A DNA stretch of 64,000 bases from Clostridiales bacterium Firm_04. GTDB lineage: Bacteria; Bacillota; Clostridia; Oscillospirales; Ruminococcaceae. The stretch is from the NCBI GenBank assembly GCA_001603005.1, contig LVAJ01000028.1, forward strand, positions 14,073 through 78,072, given 5' to 3'. The notes beneath the pieces are model-generated. The model worked only from the letters and a program-made list of their open reading frames with translations. It was not told where the DNA came from and made no database searches. Below, one piece after another: positions 1-8,754 of this stretch (positions within the stretch are counted from its first letter, which is position 1; each line of letters opens with the position of its first letter). Made by a program: the position numbers and the translations under genes.

Positions 1-915
1 CTCGACAAGGATCTGCTTGAAATTACCGCGAAGGACTTCCTGCGCGTGGTGCGGGCACATGCCGAGGAGGGCGTCGATTTCATGACGATCCATGCCGGCA
101 TCAACCGCCGCGCCGTTGAAGCGTTCCGTCGCGAGGGCAGAATGATGAATATTGTCTCCCGCGGCGGCTCGCTGCTGTTCGCATGGATGATGATGACCGG
201 CAACGAGAACCCGTTCTTCGAGTACTATGATGAGGTGCTGGAGATCCTGCGGGAGTTCGATGTCACGATCAGCCTCGGTGACGCGCTGCGTCCGGGCTGC
301 ATCGACGACGCGACGGATTCCGCACAGATCTCCGAGCTGATCGAGCTGGGCAATCTGACAAAGCGCGCATGGGAGCATGATGTGCAGGTCATGGTCGAGG
401 GTCCCGGTCACATGGCAATGGACGAGATCGCCGCGAACATGAAGCTGCAGAAGCGCATCTGCCACAATGCGCCGTTCTACGTGCTCGGCCCGCTGGTGAC
501 GGATATCGCGCCGGGCTATGACCACATCACCTCTGCGATCGGCGGTGCGATCGCTGCGGCAAGCGGCGCAGATTTCCTCTGCTATGTCACGCCGGCGGAG
601 CATCTGCGTCTGCCGGATCTTTCCGACGTCAAAGAGGGCATCATCGCCAGCAAGATCGCCGCACATGCTGCGGATATCGCAAAGGGCATTCCGCATGCGC
701 GCGATATCGACAACAAAATGGCAGCAGCGCGGCATAAGGTCGATTGGGACGAGATGTTCCGATATGCGATTGATCCGGAAAAGGCAAGAGCCTATTTCGA
801 GAGCACACCGCCTGCCAACCGTCACACCTGTTCGATGTGCGGCAAGATGTGCGCAGTCCGGACGACCAACATGATTCTGGAAGGCAAGACCGTCGAGTTC
901 TGCACGGAAAAGTGA
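1..915 (+). CDS. thiC: Phosphomethylpyrimidine synthase ThiC, C-terminal ~300 aa (5' end upstream of window)
   Basis: Frame 1 is open from nt 1 to the TGA at 913-915. Translation ([49 protein letters not shown]-terminal Cys cluster CSMCGKMC) fits the radical-SAM ThiC family. Confidence 0.92.
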   Translation, partial: LDKDLLEITAKDFLRVVRAHAEEGVDFMTIHAGINRRAVEAFRREGRMMNIVSRGGSLLFAWMMMTGNENPFFEYYDEVLEILREFDVTISLGDALRPGCIDDATDSAQISELIELGNLTKRAWEHDVQVMVEGPGHMAMDEIAANMKLQKRICHNAPFYVLGPLVTDIAPGYDHITSAIGGAIAAASGADFLCYVTPAEHLRLPDLSDVKEGIIASKIAAHAADIAKGIPHARDIDNKMAAARHKVDWDEMFRYAIDPEKARAYFESTPPANRHTCSMCGKMCAVRTTNMILEGKTVEFCTEK

Positions 916-964
916 GCGGTGTCTCCGACGGATCATAAATGAGGGCGCTGCCCTCAAACTTCCG

Positions 965-999
965 CTTAAGGGATGCGATCCCTTAAGAATCCCATTTTT
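965..999 (+). terminator. Hairpin plus T-run downstream of thiC
   Basis: CTTAAGGGATGCGATCCCTTAAG stem-loop (965-987) followed by AATCCCATTTTT. A second hairpin GAGGGCGCTGCCCTC lies just upstream. Confidence 0.45.
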
Positions 1000-1295
1000 C
1001 GATATAGATATGATCGGTATATTTTGCATAATGTGTAATTCCGGAGGGACAATGCGCCTTTGCGTTCCTGGGGACTTTATGCATCGCAAAATGATACGAT
1101 ACAGCCATGGGGAGCGCCATGGCGGGCTGCGTACACAGCAGCCTGAATGCGAGGGAATCCGTGTTTCGGAGTGAGAGGGTGCAATGGAGCACCGACCGCA
1201 TGATAGATGACGAGATCACTGTCTGCGGCAGCTCCATACCCTTCCGGCTGTGCAATGTCAGTGACCGGCACAACATTGACACAGGAGGTATTTCC

Positions 1296-1829
1296 ATGAA
1301 ACAGATCACACTCAAAAAGCTTGTCATGACCGCGCTGCTCGCGGCACTTGCCGTGGTATGCTCGCCGCTGTCGATTCCGGTCGGCATTTCCAAGTGCTTT
1401 CCGGCGCAGCATTTTGTCAATATCATCGGCGGGGTATTTCTCGGTCCGTGGTATGCAATGGCGGCGGCATTCGTCACAAGTCTCTGCCGCGTCCTGATGG
1501 GCACGGGCACGCTGATGGCATTTCCGGGCAGCATGATCGGTGCATTTCTCTCCGGCATGCTTTACCACAAGCTGAAAAAGCTGCCGTTTGCCTATGCAGG
1601 CGAGCTGTTCGGCACGGCAGTCATCGGCGGTATCATCGCGTTTGTCCTTGCGACGCAGTTCATGGGCAAGGAGGCGGCGCTGTTCACCTATGTCCCGCCG
1701 TTTTTCCTGAGCAGTCTGAGCGGAACGATCATTGCGGCGATTCTGGTGCCGGCGCTGAAAAAAGCGGGCGCCGATCGCTTCTTTGCGGAGGATTCCCGCG
1801 CGAAGACCGGCAGTGTGAAGCAAAGCTGA
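1296..1829 (+). CDS. thiW: Thiazole-precursor ECF transporter S component ThiW
   Basis: ATG at 1296 sits 7 nt after AGGAGG (1283-1288). The 177-aa multi-TM protein (PLSIPVGISKCFPAQHFVNIIGG, AFPGSMIGAFLSG) lies between thiC and thiM. Confidence 0.75.
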   Translation: MKQITLKKLVMTALLAALAVVCSPLSIPVGISKCFPAQHFVNIIGGVFLGPWYAMAAAFVTSLCRVLMGTGTLMAFPGSMIGAFLSGMLYHKLKKLPFAYAGELFGTAVIGGIIAFVLATQFMGKEAALFTYVPPFFLSSLSGTIIAAILVPALKKAGADRFFAEDSRAKTGSVKQS

Positions 1830-2669
1830 ATGTGCCGGCATAAGGAGGCATGCACAACGGACAGCAGCATTCTGACCGCCCTGCGGGAATCCCGCCCGCG
1901 GGTGCACAGTATTACGAATTATGTGACAGCGGAGGCTTGCGCCAATCTGCTGCATGCCTGCGGGGCGCTGCCGATCATGGCGGATGCGCCGGAGGAGGCA
2001 GCGGAGATCACCGCGCAGTCCCGCGCACTGAATCTGAATCTCGGAACGCTGAATCCCGCGCGTGCCGAAGCGATGCGTGCTGCGGGCAGTGCCGCGAACC
2101 GGCTGGGGATTCCGGTTGTGCTGGATCCGGTCGGTGCGGGTGCGACGGCATTCCGCCGGCAGACCGCGGCAGTCTTGCTGCGGGAGATCCGGTTTGCGGC
2201 GGTCAAGGGCAATGCCTCGGAGCTGCGGTATCTCGCGGGGGCACATGCAATGTGCTGCGGCGCGGATGCAGCCGATGCGGATGCCGGATCCCTGAAAAAT
2301 GCGGAGATCGCGGCAGCACTGGCGAAACAGACCGGCGCAGTCATCATGATGACCGGCGAGACCGATCTTGTGACAGACGGCAAACAGCTTTTCCGCGTAC
2401 ACAACGGACACCCGATGATGACGCGGATCACGGGGAGCGGCTGCATGCTTTCCGCGCTGACGGCAGCATATCTCGCGGTCAGACCGGAGCAGCCGCTGCA
2501 AGCCTGCCTGACGGCGCTCTGTGCAATGGGGCTTGCCGGCGAAGCTGCCGCAAAACGCATGACGGCAGCGGACGGCAATATGATGTTCCGGAATGCGCTG
2601 ATCGACGCAGTATTCCGGATGACGGAACAGGATTTGAAGGAGGGCGCACGCTATGAAGCTGACGGCTGA
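1830..2669 (+). CDS. thiM: Hydroxyethylthiazole kinase ThiM
   Basis: Start abuts the thiW stop. Motifs SITNYVTAEACANLLHACGALPIMA, VLDPVGAGAT and ITGSGCMLSAL are typical of ThiM. Confidence 0.9.
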   Translation: MCRHKEACTTDSSILTALRESRPRVHSITNYVTAEACANLLHACGALPIMADAPEEAAEITAQSRALNLNLGTLNPARAEAMRAAGSAANRLGIPVVLDPVGAGATAFRRQTAAVLLREIRFAAVKGNASELRYLAGAHAMCCGADAADADAGSLKNAEIAAALAKQTGAVIMMTGETDLVTDGKQLFRVHNGHPMMTRITGSGCMLSALTAAYLAVRPEQPLQACLTALCAMGLAGEAAAKRMTAADGNMMFRNALIDAVFRMTEQDLKEGARYEADG

Positions 2670-3285
2670 CATGCTGCGGCTGTATGCGGTGACAGATCGC
2701 CGCTGGCTCGGAAACATGACGCTTGCAGAGGCAGTTGAGGCTGCGATCCGCGGGGGAGCGGGCTGCATCCAGCTGCGGGAAAAGGCGCTGGATCCGGCAG
2801 ATCTGCTGAATGAAGCAAAGCAGATCCTTGCAGTCTGCCGCAAATACCATGTCCCGCTGATCCTCAATGACGATCCGGAGATCGCGCTGAAATGCGGCGC
2901 GGACGGCGTACATGTCGGGCAGAAGGACATGAATCCGCGCATTCTGCGTTCGATGCTCGGACCGGAAAAGATCGTCGGCGTATCGGCAGCGACGGTTGCG
3001 GAAGCGGAGCAGGCTGTGCGGGACGGCGCAGACTATCTCGGCAGCGGTGCGGTATTTGCGACCGGCACCAAGGAGAATACAAGACCGGTAGACGCTGCAC
3101 TCCTGCGGCAGATCTGCGATGCAGTGCCGGTACCGGTCGTCGCGATCGGCGGCATTACGGCAGAGAATGCAGTGCAGCTGAAAGGCACAGGCATTGCCGG
3201 CATTGCCGTGGTATCGGCGATTTTTGCGCAGCCCGATCCGGAGCAGGCGGCTGCGGAACTGAAAACAATTGCGGAGGATTTATAA
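2653..3285 (+). CDS. thiE: Thiamine-phosphate synthase ThiE
   Basis: Motifs LYAVTDRRW, IQLREK, DGVHVGQKD, YLGSGAVFATGTK and VVAIGGI. Overlaps the thiM 3' end by 17 nt. Confidence 0.92.
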   Translation: MKLTADMLRLYAVTDRRWLGNMTLAEAVEAAIRGGAGCIQLREKALDPADLLNEAKQILAVCRKYHVPLILNDDPEIALKCGADGVHVGQKDMNPRILRSMLGPEKIVGVSAATVAEAEQAVRDGADYLGSGAVFATGTKENTRPVDAALLRQICDAVPVPVVAIGGITAENAVQLKGTGIAGIAVVSAIFAQPDPEQAAAELKTIAEDL

Positions 3286-4074
3286 ATGATCGGAAGGGTA
3301 CTGACCATTGCCGGCTCGGATTCCGGCGGCGGTGCGGGGATTCAGGCGGATATCAAAACGATCACGATGCACGGCTGCTATGCGATGAGCGTGATCACGG
3401 CGCTGACGGCGCAGAATACGGTCGGGGTTTCGGGCATACTGGATGTGCCGCCGGAATTTGCGGCGCAGCAAATGGATGCGGTGTTTCCGGATCTGCTGCC
3501 GGATGCGGTGAAGATCGGCATGGTTTCGAGCGCAGGCATGGCGCGGATCATTGCGGAAAAACTGCGGGAATACGCGCCGAAGTATGTTGTTGTGGATCCG
3601 GTCATGATCTCGACGAGCGGGCACCGGCTGTTGCAGCAGGATGCAATGGATGCGCTGATCGCGGAGCTGCTGCCGCTTGCGGATGTGCTGACGCCGAATC
3701 TGCCGGAAGCCGAGGCGCTGACCGGCATGGCGATCAACCGGATCGCGGACATGCGCGCCGCGGCAATGCAGCTTTCGGAGCGGTTTGATGCGGCGGTGCT
3801 GGTCAAGGGCGGGCATCTGACCGACACCGCGACCGATGTGCTCTGCGAAAACGGCAAGGTCACGGAGCTGCCGGCGGAGCGCGTGGATACGAAGAACACG
3901 CACGGAACCGGCTGCACGCTCTCTGCGGCGATCGCCTCGAATCTCGCAAAGGGCATGTCTGTCATGGTGAGCATCTGCGCGGCAAAGGCGTATCTTTCCG
4001 CGGCGCTGCGTGCCGGCTTCGACATCGGGCAGGGCAGCGGTCCGCTGCTGCACAATTACCAGCTGACGGTATAA
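3286..4074 (+). CDS. thiD: Hydroxymethylpyrimidine/phosphomethylpyrimidine kinase ThiD
   Basis: N-terminus VLTIAGSDSGGGAGIQADIKT plus VVDPVMISTSG, LTPNLPEAEAL and THGTGCTLSAAIA. ATG follows directly after the thiE TAA. Confidence 0.93.
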   Translation: MIGRVLTIAGSDSGGGAGIQADIKTITMHGCYAMSVITALTAQNTVGVSGILDVPPEFAAQQMDAVFPDLLPDAVKIGMVSSAGMARIIAEKLREYAPKYVVVDPVMISTSGHRLLQQDAMDALIAELLPLADVLTPNLPEAEALTGMAINRIADMRAAAMQLSERFDAAVLVKGGHLTDTATDVLCENGKVTELPAERVDTKNTHGTGCTLSAAIASNLAKGMSVMVSICAAKAYLSAALRAGFDIGQGSGPLLHNYQLTV

Positions 4075-4147
4075 GGTATCGCTGTACAAATCAGCTTCCG
4101 GAATCTGCCTGCCAAAATGAAGCGCAAGGGAACAAATCTGAAAACAG

Positions 4148-4179
4148 GAACGCAGCCCCGAAGGACTGCGTTCGTTTTT
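4148..4179. terminator. Bidirectional intrinsic terminator between convergent thiD and CotH genes
   Basis: GAACGCAG-CCCCGAAGGA-CTGCGTTC hairpin, flanked by an A-rich run upstream and GTTTTT downstream. Confidence 0.7.
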
Positions 4180-4200
4180 GTATCCTGTTGTTCCGGTCAA

Positions 4201-6786
4201 TCAGCCGATCGCACCGCGGACCACTTCGTTCCGGCGAATGAGGAAGTCCACGACGGAGATATTGCCGCCGCCGAACATACCGCCGCCGCCGCCGAAGCCG
4301 CCGCCCCAGCCCCAGCCGCCTTGCTGCTGCTGCTGACCGCCGAGACCGTTCGCTGTTTTTGCGGTGTTGGTCTGGAAGGTCTGGAAATCGCTGAGGTTGC
4401 GCGGATCAGCCTGCACATGGCTGCTGATGAGGTTGACCGTGTTCTTGACATAGGCTTCCGGGTTGCTGAACAGACTCGTGATCTGCTTGACATACTGGAC
4501 ATACTGTTCATGATATTCCGGAACCTGAACGAGCTTTGCAAGCGGACGGTCTTTCAGTTCGACATTGTAAAGGCTCGTCGTGACATCGGAATTGACCATG
4601 TCTGCGCCGCCCATGAATGCGCCGAGGGACAGGTTGTAGTCCCAGCCGACGAAATAGAACTTGCCGCCGCTGTACATCAGGTAATAGTTGTGTGCCAGCG
4701 TGCCGTTGTAGCTGTCGTAATTGCACATGACGGAGTTGACTGCGAAGCCCTTGAGGAAGCTCGGCACATCGACCAGATCTTCAATGAACTTGTAGTCGGA
4801 GTTGCTCAGCTTGTTGATCGCCTGCTTGAGCTCCTCGATGTGCGTGTAGCCGTCGTCCACACCGAACTTGACATCGAAGTTGCCGTTGTTCATGTTCTGG
4901 GTGAAGGAGCAGTAGGAATCGTTACCGCCGAATCCTCCCCAGCCGCCCATACCGCCGCCGCCGCCGGTACGCTCGGTTGCCTTGTAGAGCACGGAATTGT
5001 CATCCACAGCGAGGCGCTCTGCGAGCGTCTTGCCCGGCTGCTCGATCAGGTAGTAGAAGCTGAACAGCTGACCGTTGAGGTACATGTCGGTATAGCTGGA
5101 CTTCGGACCGACGCCGTCCACTTCGTAGAGCGCGTCGTAGCAGAGCGAATCGCGCATGCAGGTCGGATCGGAATAGAAGTTGTTCATGCAGAACTCGGTC
5201 AGACCGTGATAGTTCTGGTACTCGTCGTATTCGTCGAGCTTGAAGCGGTAGCTGTATTTTTCGCTGCCGGAGCTGCCGATCGACATACGGGAGCTGTTGC
5301 CCTTGGAACGGATCGCAACATTTTTCAGTTCTTCGCCGTCGATGACGACATCGCACGGATAGAAGACTTCTTCATTCTTCTGCGCGTTGACAAATTCCTT
5401 CCAGTTGCTCATTTTGACCTCGATCTTGTGGACCTTTGTCTTGTCAAAGAGGTCTTTGTAGAGCAGGTCAGGATGGTCTGCATTGTTGACATCGGTATAA
5501 TTCGCACCGCCGGAGAAGGTGTCTCTGCCGCCGGAAACGACTTCGATGCCGCCTGCATAGACCTTGCAGGAGCCAGCCAGTGCCGGATCCGAAATGATCG
5601 CATAGCGGTATTTCCGGAGCGTATTCTGATCGAAAACAGTGCTGCCGCCGGAAGTCAGCGCGATCGGATTGTTCTTCTTCCATTCCTTCGTGAAGGAAAG
5701 GGCGATCGTATTTGCAGGCGTGCCGAGGTTTTCGCACTGATTATCGCTTGCAGTCGCGAGCAGCGAGCAGCCGTCCAGTGTGATGACGCCGGCAGCGGTC
5801 AGACCGCGGTCGCCGCATGCACGGACAGAACCGCCGGAGAGCTCCATATTCGTGTCAGCCTGGATCGCGTCCTTCGAGGACTTGATATCGACCTTGCCGC
5901 CGGAGATGAGCAGTTCGCCCTTGGTCGCCTTCAGACCGTCGCCTTGCGAGTCAACCGTCAGTTCGCCGTCTTTGACGTTGACGGAGACTCTGCCGCGGAC
6001 GGCGTCTGCATTTTCGGTCAGGACGGAGATCTTGCCGCCGTTGATCTTGAGGTCGTTGTTGCAGTGGATGCCGTACTGCATGCCTGCGGTGATTCCGAGC
6101 TGACCGTCGCCCTTGATCGTCAGGTCATCCTTTGCATGCAGCACCGCGTAGGAAGCTTCTGTTTCCTCTGCGGGAGCAGGCGTCGGATCGGACAGGCTGT
6201 TCGTCGTATTTTCCACCAGATTGACCGAGGTGTTCTTTGCATTCTCGATCATAATGCAGGGTGCGCTGCTGTTGCTCATCGTGACGCCGTCGAGGAACAG
6301 CTTGACGGTTCCGCTGTCAACAGTTTCATCTGCGATATTGACGAGGATCTGACCGTTGTTGAGCGAGCCGTCGATGTAATAGATACCGGAAGCAGAGATC
6401 GTCGCCGTTGAACCGGACACGCTGATGTTCGGTCCTTCGTAGGTGATGCTGCTGCCCTTGAGATGGATGTAGGCAGGATCCGGATCCACTTCCGGCACAA
6501 CGACCGGCACATACATGATCGCTTTTTTCAGATTAGAAAGGTCAGACGCATCAATCACGCTGTTGCCGTCAAAATCGACATTCTGCCAGTTTTCGAGTCT
6601 GGTCGTCTTGCGCGCCAGAAAGCTGACGAGCTGCCGGACATCCGTTAAATTGGTTTGACCGTCCCCGTTCACATCGCCCGAAACGGCTGCACTTGCATGC
6701 AGCAGCTCTGCGGGAAACTGACCGGAAACGCCCGCAAGCAGTATTGCAGCGGAGACACTGCAACACGTCAGAAAACGAGATTTCAT
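4201..6786 (-). CDS. Secreted CotH-family kinase with N-terminal dockerin, a Cthe_2159-like beta-helix region and Gly-rich segments
   Basis: ATG at 6786 is preceded by AGGAGGA. Signal peptide MKSRFLTCCSVSAAILLAG. Dockerin repeats GDVNGDGQTNLTDVRQL and DFDGNSVIDASDLSNL. CotH core KVHKIEVKMS...RSKGNSSR...YSYRFKLDEY...FYSDPTCMRD. C-terminal GGQQQQQGGWGWGGGFGGGGG tail. Confidence 0.85.
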   Translation of the reverse strand: MKSRFLTCCSVSAAILLAGVSGQFPAELLHASAAVSGDVNGDGQTNLTDVRQLVSFLARKTTRLENWQNVDFDGNSVIDASDLSNLKKAIMYVPVVVPEVDPDPAYIHLKGSSITYEGPNISVSGSTATISASGIYYIDGSLNNGQILVNIADETVDSGTVKLFLDGVTMSNSSAPCIMIENAKNTSVNLVENTTNSLSDPTPAPAEETEASYAVLHAKDDLTIKGDGQLGITAGMQYGIHCNNDLKINGGKISVLTENADAVRGRVSVNVKDGELTVDSQGDGLKATKGELLISGGKVDIKSSKDAIQADTNMELSGGSVRACGDRGLTAAGVITLDGCSLLATASDNQCENLGTPANTIALSFTKEWKKNNPIALTSGGSTVFDQNTLRKYRYAIISDPALAGSCKVYAGGIEVVSGGRDTFSGGANYTDVNNADHPDLLYKDLFDKTKVHKIEVKMSNWKEFVNAQKNEEVFYPCDVVIDGEELKNVAIRSKGNSSRMSIGSSGSEKYSYRFKLDEYDEYQNYHGLTEFCMNNFYSDPTCMRDSLCYDALYEVDGVGPKSSYTDMYLNGQLFSFYYLIEQPGKTLAERLAVDDNSVLYKATERTGGGGGMGGWGGFGGNDSYCSFTQNMNNGNFDVKFGVDDGYTHIEELKQAINKLSNSDYKFIEDLVDVPSFLKGFAVNSVMCNYDSYNGTLAHNYYLMYSGGKFYFVGWDYNLSLGAFMGGADMVNSDVTTSLYNVELKDRPLAKLVQVPEYHEQYVQYVKQITSLFSNPEAYVKNTVNLISSHVQADPRNLSDFQTFQTNTAKTANGLGGQQQQQGGWGWGGGFGGGGGMFGGGNISVVDFLIRRNEVVRGAIG

Positions 6787-7035
6787 TTGGTTTTCCTCCT
6801 GTTCATGTTCATGATCCGAATTTGAAACAAGAGGGGATCTGATGCCGGCGCGGCGATCCGTGCCGCTGAACATGCCGGCGTGATACAAGCTGATCGGTTA
6901 CCCGATATCATCCCAATCCCACTTTTTATTTTGTAAGCTTTTGTCTGTTTTTTGCGTGCCGCTTTCTGTCCTGCCGGTTCCCTCCTTTCCGGTTTCACCC
7001 CGCATACGGCGGCGGGCACGATGCCGCCTGTATGC

Positions 7036-7076
7036 CGAAAAAACGCCGTACCCTTTGAACAGGTACGGCTTTTTCT
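7036..7076 (-). terminator. Intrinsic terminator/attenuator inside the 5' leader of the CotH gene
   Basis: GCCGTACC-CTTTGAACA-GGTACGGC hairpin (7045-7069) with an A-run on one side and a T-run on the other. It lies ~180 nt downstream of the 7248-7276 promoter and ~260 nt upstream of the CotH ATG. Confidence 0.6.
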
Positions 7077-7247
7077 GCTGATATGACCGGTGGCTGCGAA
7101 TGCAGCGCGCAGAAAGATACACCGTTCCTGATGCGAACAGCTTTTCGTCCATTTTCGCCCTAATCAACCAGAACAGTATGATTCTGCCAGCGGTGTATCT
7201 CTGTATCTACTGTATTTCTTCAACGAAATCAGTACACTCTTGGTTAC

Positions 7248-7276
7248 AGTATAGCACAGAAGGCACAAATTGTCAA
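7248..7276 (-). promoter_or_regulatory. Sigma-A type promoter (TTGACA-17-TATACT) for the CotH leader
   Basis: Minus-strand reading is TTGACAatttgtgccttctgtgcTATACT. Confidence 0.6.
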
Positions 7277-7323
7277 GAGTGCTTGAAAATCTTTGTTTGA
7301 TTTAACAATATGTGCAATGTGTG

Positions 7324-7366
7324 AAAAAGCCGCAGCCCCTCCGGATAAACGGCAGGGGACTGCGGC
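7324..7366 (-). terminator. Intrinsic terminator of the LRR-dockerin gene
   Basis: Minus strand shows GCCGCAGTCCCC...GGGGCTGCGGC followed by TTTTT, 33 nt after the stop at 7399. Confidence 0.75.
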
Positions 7367-7398
7367 ATTCTTTCGCAAATACACGCTTTTCGTGCGAA

Positions 7399-8538
7399 TT
7401 ACTTTGCAAGTGCCTGCTTTTTCAGAAGGCTGAGATCAGCGGACGTGAGTTCATTGTCCTTGTCCATGTCAGCGATCTTTGCCTGATCTTCCGTCAGCGA
7501 GCCGGTCGTCAGCAGATACTTCAGCAGCATAGCCGCATCTGCGTCATTGCATGCGCCGTCTGCGTTGATATCGCCGATGACCTCATCCTGCGGGATCACA
7601 TGCGACTCATCGAAGACCATTTTGGCTCTGGAAAGGAACGGATCAGCGGAATCCTTTTCGACGGCATTCCATGCAGACTGGCTGCCGTAGAATGTGATCG
7701 TTGCCGTGGAATTGTTGTCTGTGAATGCATAGCTGTCGATTTTTTTGAGATTGCCGGAGAGCTTGATATCGGTCAGCTTGTTGCACGCGGCGAAAACGCC
7801 GAATCCGAGGGAAGTGCAGCCGTTCAGCTCTGCGGATTTCAGGTTGTCGCAGTACCAGAAAACATTGTCGGTGATCTCGGTGACACTTGCCGGGAACGAA
7901 ACGGAAGTGATCTTGTCGTTCTTTGCGAATGCGCCCGAAGCGACATATTTGACGCCGGAAGGCACCTTGACATCGCCGGAGCAGGTTCTGCCGTCGATCA
8001 CGGCGCCGTTGACGATGACCAGCGGATCCTTTTTGCGCTGCGCTTCGAGCCACGGCGAATTGTCAAAGTTGTAGTCGCCGGTCTTCACGAGATGATCGGG
8101 GAAATTCACTTCTGTGAGCGATTTGCAATCCCTGAAGGATTCAAAAGCGATCTGTTCGAGACTGTCCGGAAATGTGACCGACTGAAGCTGGTCGCAGTTT
8201 GTGAACGCATACGGACCGATATAAGTGATCGTATCCGGAAGCGTCAGGGTTTTGATTTTTGCGTACTGACATGCATAGATGCCGATTTCCGTGACTGGCA
8301 GCCCGTCAATCGTTGCGGGGATCGTGAAATCCGAAGCCTCCCATGTGCAGCCGGAGATCACAATATGATCGGAATACTTGTAATAATTCAGATCACCTGA
8401 TTTGCCTACCGTATATTCCTCATCTGCGGAAACGGTCAGCGATGTGCCGAGCCATGTCTGAGCCGGAACTGCGGTCGTCAGCAGCGCCGCGGCGAGGAGC
8501 ACGGTTCCTCTGAAAAAATGCTTTTTTGATTTCATCAT
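7399..8538 (-). CDS. Secreted BspA-type leucine-rich-repeat protein with C-terminal dockerin
   Basis: ATGATG at 8538 follows AGGAGGG. Signal peptide MMKSKKHFFRGTVLLAAALL. Repeated units such as IGxYAFxxCxxLxSVTFPDS. C-terminal dockerin GDINADGACNDADAAML and ADMDKDNELTSADLSLL. Confidence 0.85.
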   Translation of the reverse strand: MMKSKKHFFRGTVLLAAALLTTAVPAQTWLGTSLTVSADEEYTVGKSGDLNYYKYSDHIVISGCTWEASDFTIPATIDGLPVTEIGIYACQYAKIKTLTLPDTITYIGPYAFTNCDQLQSVTFPDSLEQIAFESFRDCKSLTEVNFPDHLVKTGDYNFDNSPWLEAQRKKDPLVIVNGAVIDGRTCSGDVKVPSGVKYVASGAFAKNDKITSVSFPASVTEITDNVFWYCDNLKSAELNGCTSLGFGVFAACNKLTDIKLSGNLKKIDSYAFTDNNSTATITFYGSQSAWNAVEKDSADPFLSRAKMVFDESHVIPQDEVIGDINADGACNDADAAMLLKYLLTTGSLTEDQAKIADMDKDNELTSADLSLLKKQALAK

Positions 8539-8612
8539 AAACCCTCCTATTTTTTTGCATCTGTCTTCAGTGACCGGCAGCCCGTATCTGCCGTTTGTCA
8601 CCACTCAATTCC

Positions 8613-8641
8613 ATTATACATGTTTCGCGCGCGAAAGTCAA
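8613..8641 (-). promoter_or_regulatory. Sigma-A type promoter (TTGACT-17-TATAAT) of the LRR-dockerin gene
   Basis: Minus-strand reading is TTGACTttcgcgcgcgaaacatgTATAAT. The spacer carries the palindrome TTCGCGCGCGAA. Confidence 0.6.
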
Positions 8642-8754
8642 TGCTGATTTTGAATTTTTCTGCAAAGCGTGCATTTTTGAGGACATGCATCTTTACATTC
8701 AAATTTGACATACAAACGGACATGCAAACTGACATGAATCCAAACATACATAAA

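Noticed and set aside
1100-1260. Calling a classical TPP riboswitch upstream of thiW
   Set aside because: Context strongly suggests one, but I cannot find the CUGAGA core, the ACCC element or the P4/P5 pyrophosphate-sensor helix. It is reported only as an open question, not as a feature.
1077-2942. 621-aa minus-strand ORF across thiW/thiM/thiE. Similar long shadow ORFs occur at 3280-4200, 12333-13496, 17851-19257, 28152-29969, 30848-32332, 33411-34529, 36755-38341, 51649-53037, 59923-61140 and 61758-62795.
   Set aside because: All lie opposite confidently recognised genes and translate to Arg/Ala/Cys-rich low-complexity sequence. I regard them as GC-driven artefacts.
4117-6411. 764-aa plus-strand ORF antisense to the CotH gene
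   Set aside because: It lies entirely inside and opposite a well-supported CDS. The product is low-complexity (A/V/D/E/R/L-rich) with no start context. This is the typical long antisense open frame of GC-rich coding DNA.
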